Source: Devosia sp. (GTDB taxonomy: Bacteria > Pseudomonadota > Alphaproteobacteria > Rhizobiales > Devosiaceae). Taken from it: a stretch of DNA of 37,879 nt. The stretch covers positions 1 through 37,879 of the forward strand of contig DROE01000098.1 of assembly GCA_011322005.1 (NCBI GenBank), given 5' to 3'. Shown here one piece after another: positions 16,435-24,569 of this stretch (position 1 is the stretch's first letter; the number at the start of each line of letters is the position of its first letter). A program made the position numbers and the translations under genes. Below the pieces are notes generated by a model. It ran no database searches. It saw only the letters and a program-made list of their open reading frames with translations, and was not told where the DNA came from.

Positions 16435-17490
16435 GTGAACACCTCGCTGAACAACGCCATTGACAGTCTGCAGGCGCCTGAAGCCGACCGGATGCGGCCC
16501 GTCAGAGTCTGGCTCTATGTCCTGGCGTTCGCTATCGTGCTGATGGTTGCGGTGGGTGGTATCACCCGGCTGACCGATTCCGGTTTATCAATTACATCCT
16601 GGAAGCCCATAAGCGGCATGCTTCCTCCACTTTCGCGGGCCGACTGGATGGTGGAATTTGAGGCTTATCAGCAAATCCCGGAATTTCAGCTTCAGAACAA
16701 CTGGATGGACCTGGAAGCGTTCAAATCCATTTTCTGGTGGGAGTGGGGGCATCGCTTTCTGGGGCGCATCATTGGCTTAATGTTCGCAATTCCCTTTGTG
16801 GTGTTTCTTGTGCAGAAACGTTTGAACTGGCGGCTGGCGCCTTCGCTGGCGCTATTGTTTGTTCTTGGCGGGTTTCAGGGCTTTCTGGGCTGGTGGATGG
16901 TTTCCTCGGGTCTCACCGAGCGGGTGGACGTATCGCAATACCGGCTTGCGGCCCATCTGGGCGCTGCGAGCCTGTTGCTGGCCGCAATTATCTGGGTGGC
17001 GCGCCGCCTGCGGCCCGAACGGAGGGGAAATCTGGTTATTGGCAATGTGATCGCGCTCCAATTCTTGGCGCTATTGGTGTTTCTGCAAATCATTCTGGGA
17101 GCATTCGTTGCCGGACTGGATGCCGGATATGGCTTTAACACCTGGCCGCTGATGGAGGGACGCTGGATACCTGAAGGGCTGGCTACGCTCGAACCCATGT
17201 GGCGCAATCTGTTTGAAAATCTGCTCACGGTGCAGTTCACTCACCGGCTGTTGGCATACATCATACTACTCTATGTAGTGATTTGGCTGGGCATTGGCTG
17301 GCTGCAACAAGGGTTTTTGGAACTGGACAACTGGCTGAAAATCATTGCCCTGCTGGTCGTCGGGCAGGTGGTGCTGGGAATTTTGACACTGGTTTATATT
17401 GTGCCCATTCCACTGGCCATCGGTCATCAGACTCTGGCGTTTATGCTTTTTGCTTCTATATTTGCAGCTCTTGCAGACCAGAGAGGATAG
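16435..17490 (+). CDS. ctaA: heme A synthase (COX15/CtaA)
   Basis: 351 aa, GTG start after GGGAG. Contains GGITRLTDSGLSITSWKP and WEWGHRFLGR with multiple TM helices and the conserved His residues. Confidence 0.85.
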   Translation: MNTSLNNAIDSLQAPEADRMRPVRVWLYVLAFAIVLMVAVGGITRLTDSGLSITSWKPISGMLPPLSRADWMVEFEAYQQIPEFQLQNNWMDLEAFKSIFWWEWGHRFLGRIIGLMFAIPFVVFLVQKRLNWRLAPSLALLFVLGGFQGFLGWWMVSSGLTERVDVSQYRLAAHLGAASLLLAAIIWVARRLRPERRGNLVIGNVIALQFLALLVFLQIILGAFVAGLDAGYGFNTWPLMEGRWIPEGLATLEPMWRNLFENLLTVQFTHRLLAYIILLYVVIWLGIGWLQQGFLELDNWLKIIALLVVGQVVLGILTLVYIVPIPLAIGHQTLAFMLFASIFAALADQRG

Positions 17491-17554
17491 CTGCGCACGG
17501 TAATATAATACCGCACAGTTAAGTCTTGGGAAAACAACAAGAAAATTAAAGTGC

Positions 17555-17583
17555 TTGACGCCAGCTACAGGGATATATATCAC
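17555..17583 (+). promoter_or_regulatory. candidate sigma-70-type promoter for rplM-rpsI
   Basis: TTGACG (17555-17560) is followed after 15-17 nt by the TATATATC region (17574-17583), about 95 nt upstream of the rplM ATG. Confidence 0.35.
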
Positions 17584-17676
17584 GCGACCAAACAGACGTG
17601 GCCCCTTTTGGGATCAATACAGCCCGGGTGTGGCACCGGTCCGCGCCGCCTGAAATGAAACTGGGAAATATTTGAC

Positions 17677-18141
17677 ATGAAAACGTTCTCGGCCAAAGCA
17701 AGTGAGATCGACAAGAAGTGGATCCTCATCGATGCCAAGGGGCTGGTGGTGGGGCGCCTGGCGGCAGTTATCGCCACCCGCCTCAGGGGCAAGCACCTGC
17801 CTATTTTCACCCCTCACGTGGATTGCGGCGACAACATTGTTGTCATCAACGCCGACAAGGTGAAGCTGACCGGCAACAAGCTGGATCAGCGTAAATTCTA
17901 TTGGCACACCGGCCATCCCGGCGGCATAAAAGACCGCACTTCGCGGCAGTTGCTCGAGGGGCGTTTTCCCGAGCGCGTTCTGGAAAATGCTGTGCGCCGG
18001 ATGATGCCCGGTGGCCCGCTGAGCCGCGCGCAGTTGAAAAACCTGCGCATCTATTCAGGCGAAGCCCACCCCCATGAAGCCCAACAGCCCAGTGTTCTGG
18101 ATGTTGGTGCTCTCAATTCCAAGAATGTGAAGGTGTCCTGA
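17677..18141 (+). CDS. rplM: 50S ribosomal protein L13
   Basis: 154 aa, [40 protein letters not shown]... Confidence 0.95.
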   Translation: MKTFSAKASEIDKKWILIDAKGLVVGRLAAVIATRLRGKHLPIFTPHVDCGDNIVVINADKVKLTGNKLDQRKFYWHTGHPGGIKDRTSRQLLEGRFPERVLENAVRRMMPGGPLSRAQLKNLRIYSGEAHPHEAQQPSVLDVGALNSKNVKVS

Positions 18142-18142
18142 T

Positions 18143-18631
18143 ATGGCCGAGGAACAAACACTCAATACCCTTGAAGACCTGGGCGAAGCCGCGGTTGCGA
18201 CTGTCGAAAGCGAAGCGCCGGTTTATGTGCAAAAGCTGGATGCGCAGGGGCGCGCCTACGCCACGGGAAAACGCAAGGGTGCGGTTGCCCGGGTGTGGAT
18301 CAAGCCCGGTTCGGGCCGCATCACCATCAACGGGCGCGAGTTTGAGAAATATTTCGCCCGTCCGGTGTTGCGCATGGTTCTTCTGCAGCCCGTGGTTGCG
18401 GCCGAGCGAAGCGACCAGTACGATGTTGTGGCAACCGTTTCAGGGGGTGGCCTTTCGGGGCAGGCGGGCGCGGTGCGCCATGGCCTTTCCAAGGCGCTGA
18501 CCCTGTTTGAGCCGGAACTGCGTCCGGTGCTGAAAAAAGGCGGCTTCCTGACTCGTGACAGCCGCGTTGTGGAACGCAAGAAATACGGCAAGGCCAAGGC
18601 CCGCCGTTCGTTCCAGTTCTCCAAGCGTTGA
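18143..18631 (+). CDS. rpsI: 30S ribosomal protein S9
   Basis: 162 aa ending ...[29 protein letters not shown]. It starts 1 nt after the rplM stop. Confidence 0.95.
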   Translation: MAEEQTLNTLEDLGEAAVATVESEAPVYVQKLDAQGRAYATGKRKGAVARVWIKPGSGRITINGREFEKYFARPVLRMVLLQPVVAAERSDQYDVVATVSGGGLSGQAGAVRHGLSKALTLFEPELRPVLKKGGFLTRDSRVVERKKYGKAKARRSFQFSKR

Positions 18632-18656
18632 ACCAGCGCCACACTCAGACAAGTTT

Positions 18657-18690
18657 CAAAAGGGGTGCCTCTCGGTACCCCTTTTTGTTG
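18657..18690 (+). terminator. rho-independent terminator after rpsI (A/T-flanked, possibly bidirectional)
   Basis: GGGGTGCC (18662-18669), loop TCTC, GGTACCCC (18674-18681), then TTTTTGTT. An A-run lies on the 5' side, and the convergent TetR gene ends at 18714. Confidence 0.7.
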
Positions 18691-18713
18691 CCTTCAGCGG
18701 GGTAATTTCACGG

Positions 18714-19325
18714 CTACTGTTTGCTGGACCACTTCAGGGACAACTGGGGCAGGATTTGTTCAAAACGGATATCCGGCACCATTTTGTCAGCCTCCCCTTT
18801 GCGCTCGCGCCGGGACAAGACGGCAAAGCCATGGACCAGCGACCAGATCATGATCTCGGTTCCCCGGCTGCCCGCGCTTCCATGGCGGAATGGAGCGCAG
18901 CCCTCGACCAGCACTTGATAGGCGGCTTCGGCCTGTTGAATGAAGTCCTGGTCTTCAAAATCCAGCTTCTGCGGTGAAAACATCAGAACAAACAGGGCAT
19001 CATTTTCTCTGGCAAAGCGCAAGTACCCCTCGCAGATGGCCTCAAGTCTCGCCCGCGGTTCGTCGACTGTCTTCTCGCGCTCTTCAATCATGGTGTTGGT
19101 AAACTTCTCATAGCCCCGCGCAACGATGGCGGTAAGCAGCCCGCTTACCCCCTTGAAATGGTGGGCGGGTGCCGCATGAGAAACCCCGGCACGAGCCGCA
19201 CAGCGGCGCAGGCTCAGCGCCTCAAGTCCCCCTTCGGCCAGCAGTTCAATGCCGGCGCTGATCAGGGCCTCGCGCAGGTCGCCACGACGCCGGAGCATTT
19301 TGCCCGGTGTTTCAAAGGATGTCAT
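18714..19325 (-). CDS. TetR/AcrR-family transcriptional regulator
   Basis: ORF 18714..19373 trimmed to the Met at 19325 so that the operators stay outside the CDS. TetR HTH present (LSLRRCAARAGVSHAAPAHHFKGVSGLL). Confidence 0.8.
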   Translation of the reverse strand: MTSFETPGKMLRRRGDLREALISAGIELLAEGGLEALSLRRCAARAGVSHAAPAHHFKGVSGLLTAIVARGYEKFTNTMIEEREKTVDEPRARLEAICEGYLRFARENDALFVLMFSPQKLDFEDQDFIQQAEAAYQVLVEGCAPFRHGSAGSRGTEIMIWSLVHGFAVLSRRERKGEADKMVPDIRFEQILPQLSLKWSSKQ

Positions 19326-19345
19326 AGGCGACACATAAATTCGAG

Positions 19346-19399
19346 ACTTGACACTGTCAAGTATATTGGCCATATAGCACTAACTTGACACTGTCTAGT
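19346..19399. promoter_or_regulatory. two copies of a 17-bp palindromic operator in the TetR/DUF2306 divergent region
   Basis: ACTTGACACTGTCAAGT (19346-19362) is a perfect 8-1-8 palindrome. ACTTGACACTGTCTAGT (19383-19399) differs at one position. The two are 37 bp start-to-start. Confidence 0.55.
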
Positions 19400-19474
19400 T
19401 GCTCTGCCGCTTTGTTGGTTGCCGGCCTTTTGGGCTGTGGTGGACTTGTTGCAAGCCAGACGAGGAGAGATAAA

Positions 19475-20101
19475 ATGCCGGTTGTGGCCAGGACGCTGAA
19501 TTTCACCAGAAGATTTTTGTTCTGGTTCCTTTCGATTGCCATTGCGCTGGCCTCGGTGCGCTATTTGCTTCTGGGTATGGAAGCTGCGTTTCCCAACATG
19601 TTGCACCAGCTTGATGCCCAGCGCTTCGCTTTTTACGCCCATGTTATTGCCGGTCCCATCGCCATGGTGATTGTGCCCTTTCAGTTCTGGGGGAAACTGC
19701 GCACCCGCAGGCCGACTGTGCATCGTTGGTTGGGGCGCACCTATGCCTTGATGATACTGATTGCCGGGCTATCAGGTCTGGTGATTGCGCTGAACACCAA
19801 TGCAGGTGCGTTTGCAGCAACCGGGTTCTTTATCCTTGGGCTGTTGTGGCTCTGGAGCACGGCGCAGGCGGTTTTACACGCGCGGGCAGGACGCATTGCG
19901 CAGCACAAAGACTGGATGATTCGCTCGGCGGCTCTGACCTTTGCCGGGGTGACGCTGCGTCTCTGGCTGGCTGGTTCCATTACGCAGGGCATACCGTTTG
20001 AGACGGCCTATCCCGTTATTGCATGGCTGTGCTGGGTGCCCAATATTGTGATTGCGGAATATCTGGTGCGTAAAAAACCGGGTAGCGCTGTGGCGGCCTG
20101 A
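19475..20101 (+). CDS. polytopic membrane protein, DUF2306-like
   Basis: ORF 19385..20101 trimmed to the ATG at 19475, which follows GAGGAGAGA. About 5-6 TM segments. The motif PFQFWGKLRTRRPTVHRWLGRTY resembles the DUF2306 signature as I recall it. Confidence 0.55.
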   Translation: MPVVARTLNFTRRFLFWFLSIAIALASVRYLLLGMEAAFPNMLHQLDAQRFAFYAHVIAGPIAMVIVPFQFWGKLRTRRPTVHRWLGRTYALMILIAGLSGLVIALNTNAGAFAATGFFILGLLWLWSTAQAVLHARAGRIAQHKDWMIRSAALTFAGVTLRLWLAGSITQGIPFETAYPVIAWLCWVPNIVIAEYLVRKKPGSAVAA

Positions 20102-20116
20102 AGCCGCCAATACCAG

Positions 20117-21427
20117 CTACCAGTTGGCCCAGCTGGCGGTGTGGTCATAACCCTGTTCGCGTTCCGAGTGGGTCTTGTAGTTATTCATGACCCGTTCGAT
20201 ATGTCTGATGGCGCGAGCGGGTCCATCCTCCGAGTGAAGCCTCTCTGACACATCTTGCGCGGCGTGAGTGTAGCTCTGCTGTGTTGACAGGGCATGCAGC
20301 GCTCCGGCGAGTGCATCCGGTGTCAGTTTTTTCAGAGCAACCGGTTCAGGGCCGCAGCCCAGTTCATGCACTCGGCGACCCCAATAGGGCTGGTCGATGG
20401 CCTGAGGAACCACAAATGTCGGTTTCCCGGCGTACAATCCCGCCGCTGTGGTACCCGCCCCCCCATGGTGCACCACTGCCTTGACGTGGGCGAACAGCTT
20501 GTCATGGGGCGCTTTTGATATGGCGAAAACATTTTTGGGGAGATTTTCGGAGTCAAAGCCTCCCCAGCCGCTGGCGACCACAACGCGTCCACCCCAGCGC
20601 TGCACGGCCTCTCTCAGAATATGCGTATTGCGTGAAGCGCCAAAGGGCATGGAGCCGAAACCCAGGTAAACGGGGGCATCGCCTTCAGAGAGAAATTTCG
20701 AGAACTCCGGCGACGGCCGCCAGTCGGTCTGGTCAGACAAATGCCAGTAACCCGTAACGATTGCAGTTTTTGGCCAATCGCGCGGGCGCGGTGAGACTAT
20801 GCCGGAATAGGCATAGAGCGTAACCAGGTTCTTACCTTCATTGTCCTTGAAAAACCCACCGCTCTTGCGCGGTTCAAGCCCCATCAGTTCCCGGCGCAGG
20901 CGATCGCGGGGAAAATCATAATAGGCCTGCTGAACGCTGGTTGCGGCGTGGGTAAGCCAGTTCAGCGTCCGCCCCAGGTCGGGAAGGTCAAAGGTGCAGA
21001 TTGGGAACTCGCCGGTGGTATTGAGCGGCTGTAAAGCAGTGGCAATCGCCGGAATGTCCAGCGCTTCGGCTATATCAATGGCAAAGCTGGTGTTGATGTT
21101 GAGAATGATGAGGTCTGCCCCCTGCGCCATCGTCCAGGAACGGCGAGCGGCCTGTTCGACTATTTTCTGGCCTTGCTGGAGAAGCGCCGGCATTGAGACC
21201 AGAAAATTCTCGCTGGCATGCTCAAAGTTGGACTGCTTGAGAAAAGAGCGAATATTGCTCCCCAAAGAGCAAAACTCCAGCCCCAGGCTTTCGGTTTCCT
21301 CTTCAAAGTCCGCAGGCGCCCCCACAACCACTGAATAGCCGCGCGTCTTCAGGGCCATGGCAAGCGCCAGATAGGGCTGCACATCTCCCCTTGTACCAAT
21401 GGTTGTTATTGCAATACGTTTAGCCAT
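20117..21427 (-). CDS. GT1-family (MGT/UDP-glycosyltransferase, sterol- or macrolide-glycosyltransferase-like) glycosyltransferase
   Basis: ORF 20117..21610 trimmed to MAKRIAITTIGTRGDVQPYLALAMALKTRGY (typical GT28/GT1 N-terminus). C-terminal donor-binding motif HHGGAGTTAAGLYAGKPTFVVPQAIDQPYW. Confidence 0.8.
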   Translation of the reverse strand: MAKRIAITTIGTRGDVQPYLALAMALKTRGYSVVVGAPADFEEETESLGLEFCSLGSNIRSFLKQSNFEHASENFLVSMPALLQQGQKIVEQAARRSWTMAQGADLIILNINTSFAIDIAEALDIPAIATALQPLNTTGEFPICTFDLPDLGRTLNWLTHAATSVQQAYYDFPRDRLRRELMGLEPRKSGGFFKDNEGKNLVTLYAYSGIVSPRPRDWPKTAIVTGYWHLSDQTDWRPSPEFSKFLSEGDAPVYLGFGSMPFGASRNTHILREAVQRWGGRVVVASGWGGFDSENLPKNVFAISKAPHDKLFAHVKAVVHHGGAGTTAAGLYAGKPTFVVPQAIDQPYWGRRVHELGCGPEPVALKKLTPDALAGALHALSTQQSYTHAAQDVSERLHSEDGPARAIRHIERVMNNYKTHSEREQGYDHTASWANW

Positions 21428-21749
21428 TGGGGCCTTGTTCAACCAACCTTGCACACCGCGAACGGTGACTTTCTCTGACATCCCGCCAGGGAGAAACCGG
21501 ATGATAAAAGGGTTCGGATGCCTCTCCCGGGCAGTCCATGACCAGCGATTGAAGTGTTTCCAGCCGTCACGGACGCGCCACACGCAGATGTTCACGCCAA
21601 TTTTGACCAAATGTCGACATTTATCTCGACTTTTTCAAGAGTGCGCCTTCCCGGTCCGACAAAAATTCTATCAATATCAAACCATAATGTTGCAGTATAG
21701 GGCTGGCAGTAGCCGGGTCACTTGATTCATTTTTTGTCTGAGATGCACC

Positions 21750-22967
21750 ATGAGCAACGAATTTCACAATATCAAACGTCTGCCCCCTTATGTGTTTGAG
21801 CATATCAACCCCATCAAGGCGCGGGCGCGGGCAGCGGGGGTTGATATTATCGATCTCGGCATGGGCAACCCCGATTTGCCGACCCCCGCGCACATCGTTG
21901 AAAAGCTGGCCGAGACAGTGAAAGATCCGCGCACCCACCGCTATTCAGCCTCCAAAGGCATCCCGGGTTTGCGCAAGGCTCAGGCCTCCTATTACGGGCG
22001 CCGGTTCGGGGTTAAGCTGAACCCGGACACCCAGGTTGTAGCAACCCTTGGTTCCAAGGAGGGGTTTGCCAATATGGCCCAGGCCATCTGCGCGCCGGGA
22101 GACGTGGTGCTGGTTCCCAACCCCACCTATCCCATCCACTCGTTCGGGTTTATCATGTCGGGCGGTGTGGTACGCTCCATGCCTGCAGAACCCAATGATG
22201 AATTTTTCCGGGTGCTGGACCGGGCGGTACGCCACTCCATTCCCAAGCCCATTGCCCTGATTTTGAACTATCCTTCCAATCCCACAGCCTATGTTGCGGA
22301 CCTTGAGTTTTACCGCGAAGTGGTAAAATATTGCCGTACCCACGAGATTTTTATCCTCTCGGACCTGGCCTATTCCGAAGTCTATTTTGACGACAATCCT
22401 CCCCCCTCCATTTTGCAGGTTCCCAAGGCTCTGGATATCTGTGTGGAATTCACCTCCATGTCCAAAACCTTTTCCATGCCCGGTTGGCGCATGGGATTTG
22501 CTGTGGGCAATGAGAGGCTCATTTCAGCCTTGGCGCGGGTGAAGTCCTACCTGGACTATGGAGCGTTCACCCCTATCCAAGTAGCCGCCGCTGCCGCGCT
22601 TAATGGCCCGGACAAATGTATCTCCGACGTGCGGCAGGTCTATAAATCACGACGCGATGTGCTGGTTGAGAGTTTTGGCCGGGCGGGGTGGGACGTTCCA
22701 GCGCCTCCCGCGACCATGTTCGCCTGGGTGCCCATACCTGACCGGTTTGCCCATCTGGGTTCGCTTGAGTTTTCCAAGCAACTGATAGAGGAAGCCGCAG
22801 TCGCTGTGGCACCGGGCGTGGGCTTTGGCGAATATGGCGACAGTTACGTGCGCATCGCACTGGTGGAAAACGAGCAGCGCATCCGCCAGGCCGCGCGCAA
22901 CCTGAAGAGGTTTTTCGCTTCATCCGGTGTCGGAGGCAATGTGGTGGCGATGAATAAACCGAAGTAA
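21750..22967 (+). CDS. alaC: class-I PLP aminotransferase, AlaC (glutamate-pyruvate)-like
   Basis: 405 aa. RLPPYVFEHINPIKARARAAGVDIIDLGMGNPDLPTP...GSKEGFANM...VPNPTYPIH is close to E. coli AlaC as recalled. PLP-binding lysine motif SMSKTFSMPGWR. Substrate specificity is not certain. Confidence 0.75.
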   Translation: MSNEFHNIKRLPPYVFEHINPIKARARAAGVDIIDLGMGNPDLPTPAHIVEKLAETVKDPRTHRYSASKGIPGLRKAQASYYGRRFGVKLNPDTQVVATLGSKEGFANMAQAICAPGDVVLVPNPTYPIHSFGFIMSGGVVRSMPAEPNDEFFRVLDRAVRHSIPKPIALILNYPSNPTAYVADLEFYREVVKYCRTHEIFILSDLAYSEVYFDDNPPPSILQVPKALDICVEFTSMSKTFSMPGWRMGFAVGNERLISALARVKSYLDYGAFTPIQVAAAAALNGPDKCISDVRQVYKSRRDVLVESFGRAGWDVPAPPATMFAWVPIPDRFAHLGSLEFSKQLIEEAAVAVAPGVGFGEYGDSYVRIALVENEQRIRQAARNLKRFFASSGVGGNVVAMNKPK

Positions 22968-23022
22968 TCTCCTAAAAAATTCCAGTTAGCGTCAGCCGCA
23001 CGAGATAAATCCTATTGACCGG

Positions 23023-24558
23023 ATGGATTTTTCCTATTCTAACAAGCCCATGAATGAACTGGACGATTTTTCACGGGCCGTTGAGGCCTTTTTGCAAAAG
23101 CAGGACTGGACGCCCACACGCTTTGGCCGCGAACTGGCGGGGGACCCCCAATTCGTCTTTGACCTGCGAGAGGGCCGCGAGCCGCGTTCGGACACGCGCG
23201 AGCGTATCAGCGAGGCCATGCGGAAATTTGCCGACAACCGGACATTGCCGCCTCTGAAGGTGGGGGTCGCGGGGCTGGGCACGGTGGGCGCGGCGCTGGT
23301 GGATATGTTGCAGCAGGGCGCGGGCAACCTTGAGCGCAAGCACGGGCGAAGAATCGAAGTGGTCTCGGTTTGCGCGCGCTCGCGTTCCCGTGACAGGGGC
23401 GTTGATATAGGGGAATATCAATGGTTCGACGACCCGGTGGCGCTGGCCGCCTCCAATGAAATCGACCTGTTCGTCGAACTCATCGGGGGCGAGGACGGCC
23501 CGGCGCTGGCGGCGGTGCGCGCAGCGCTCGATGCAGGCCGTCCTGTGGTCACCGCCAACAAGGCACTTCTGGCCAAGCACGGGGTTGATTTATCGCGCCG
23601 GGCCGAGCAAACGGGAGCCTATATCGGTTTTGAAGCCGCGGTTGCTGGGGGCATACCCGTAATCAAGACCCTGCGCGAAGGTATGGGCGCCGCCACGGTC
23701 TCACGCGTTTACGGGATTATGAACGGCACCTGCAACTATATCCTGACCCGCATGGGAGAAGAGGATATCTCGTTTCAGGACTGTCTGAGTGACGCCCAGG
23801 CCCTTGGTTATGCCGAGGCCGATCCCACTTTTGACGTGGAGGGGTTCGACACCGCCCACAAGCTGGCCCTTCTCTCAAGTCTTTGTTTTGGAAGCGAAAT
23901 CGCAGCCGACGAAATTTTTGTCGAGGGCATAACCGCCATTACCCAGGCCGACATCAACGTCGCGCGTGACCTGGGCTATAAAATCAAACTGCTGGGTATC
24001 GCCCAGCGCTCCAGCGAGGGCATCGAGCAAAGGGTGCATCCCACTTTTGTGCCTGAATCCAGCGCCATTGCACGGGTTGATGATGTGCTCAACGCAGTGG
24101 CGCTGGAAACCGACCACATACAGGAGCTTCTCCTGGCCGGACCGGGGGCCGGGGGGCTGGCAACTGCGGCATCCGTGCTCGCCGATATTCTGGATATTGC
24201 CCGTGGCCACAACGTGCCTCCGCTCGGTGTGCCGACCAGCGAACTTGTGCCCTATCTGCGGGCACCCATGCGCACCCACGAGGGGGGATATTATATACGG
24301 CTCAATGTGCGTGACGTGCCCGGTGCTCTGGCCGCGATTACCCGTCGCCTGGGGGAGAACGCCATTTCCCTTGAAAGCGTCATCCAGCGGCCTGATCTGC
24401 GGGCGGATAGTGCTCAGGCAGGCGAGGAAAATACACGCACACTGGTTCTGATTACCCAAGAGACGCTTGAATCCTCGGTGCGCGCAGCGCTGGAAAAGGT
24501 CGCCGACGATGGTTTTACCACTGGCGCGCCGCAGGTCATCCGCATAGAAAGTTTCTAG
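23023..24558 (+). CDS. hom: homoserine dehydrogenase with ~65-aa N-terminal extension
   Basis: NAD-binding LKVGVAGLGTVGAALV, catalytic domain and C-terminal ACT domain (YYIRLNVRDVPGALAAIT). The ORF opens 75 codons upstream of the Rossmann motif. The alternative start is the ATG at 23218. Confidence 0.85.
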   Translation: MDFSYSNKPMNELDDFSRAVEAFLQKQDWTPTRFGRELAGDPQFVFDLREGREPRSDTRERISEAMRKFADNRTLPPLKVGVAGLGTVGAALVDMLQQGAGNLERKHGRRIEVVSVCARSRSRDRGVDIGEYQWFDDPVALAASNEIDLFVELIGGEDGPALAAVRAALDAGRPVVTANKALLAKHGVDLSRRAEQTGAYIGFEAAVAGGIPVIKTLREGMGAATVSRVYGIMNGTCNYILTRMGEEDISFQDCLSDAQALGYAEADPTFDVEGFDTAHKLALLSSLCFGSEIAADEIFVEGITAITQADINVARDLGYKIKLLGIAQRSSEGIEQRVHPTFVPESSAIARVDDVLNAVALETDHIQELLLAGPGAGGLATAASVLADILDIARGHNVPPLGVPTSELVPYLRAPMRTHEGGYYIRLNVRDVPGALAAITRRLGENAISLESVIQRPDLRADSAQAGEENTRTLVLITQETLESSVRAALEKVADDGFTTGAPQVIRIESF

Positions 24559-24569
24559 CACGAAGCAGA

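Noticed and set aside
21428-21610. A 61-codon N-terminal extension of the GT1 ORF
   Set aside because: The extension is Trp/Arg-rich and not protein-like. MAKRIAITTIGTRGDVQPY is the canonical N-terminus of this GT family. The region is kept as non-coding, see the finding on 21428..21749.
23071-24561. Minus-strand ORFs of 169 and 228 aa
   Set aside because: They are shadow ORFs opposite hom.
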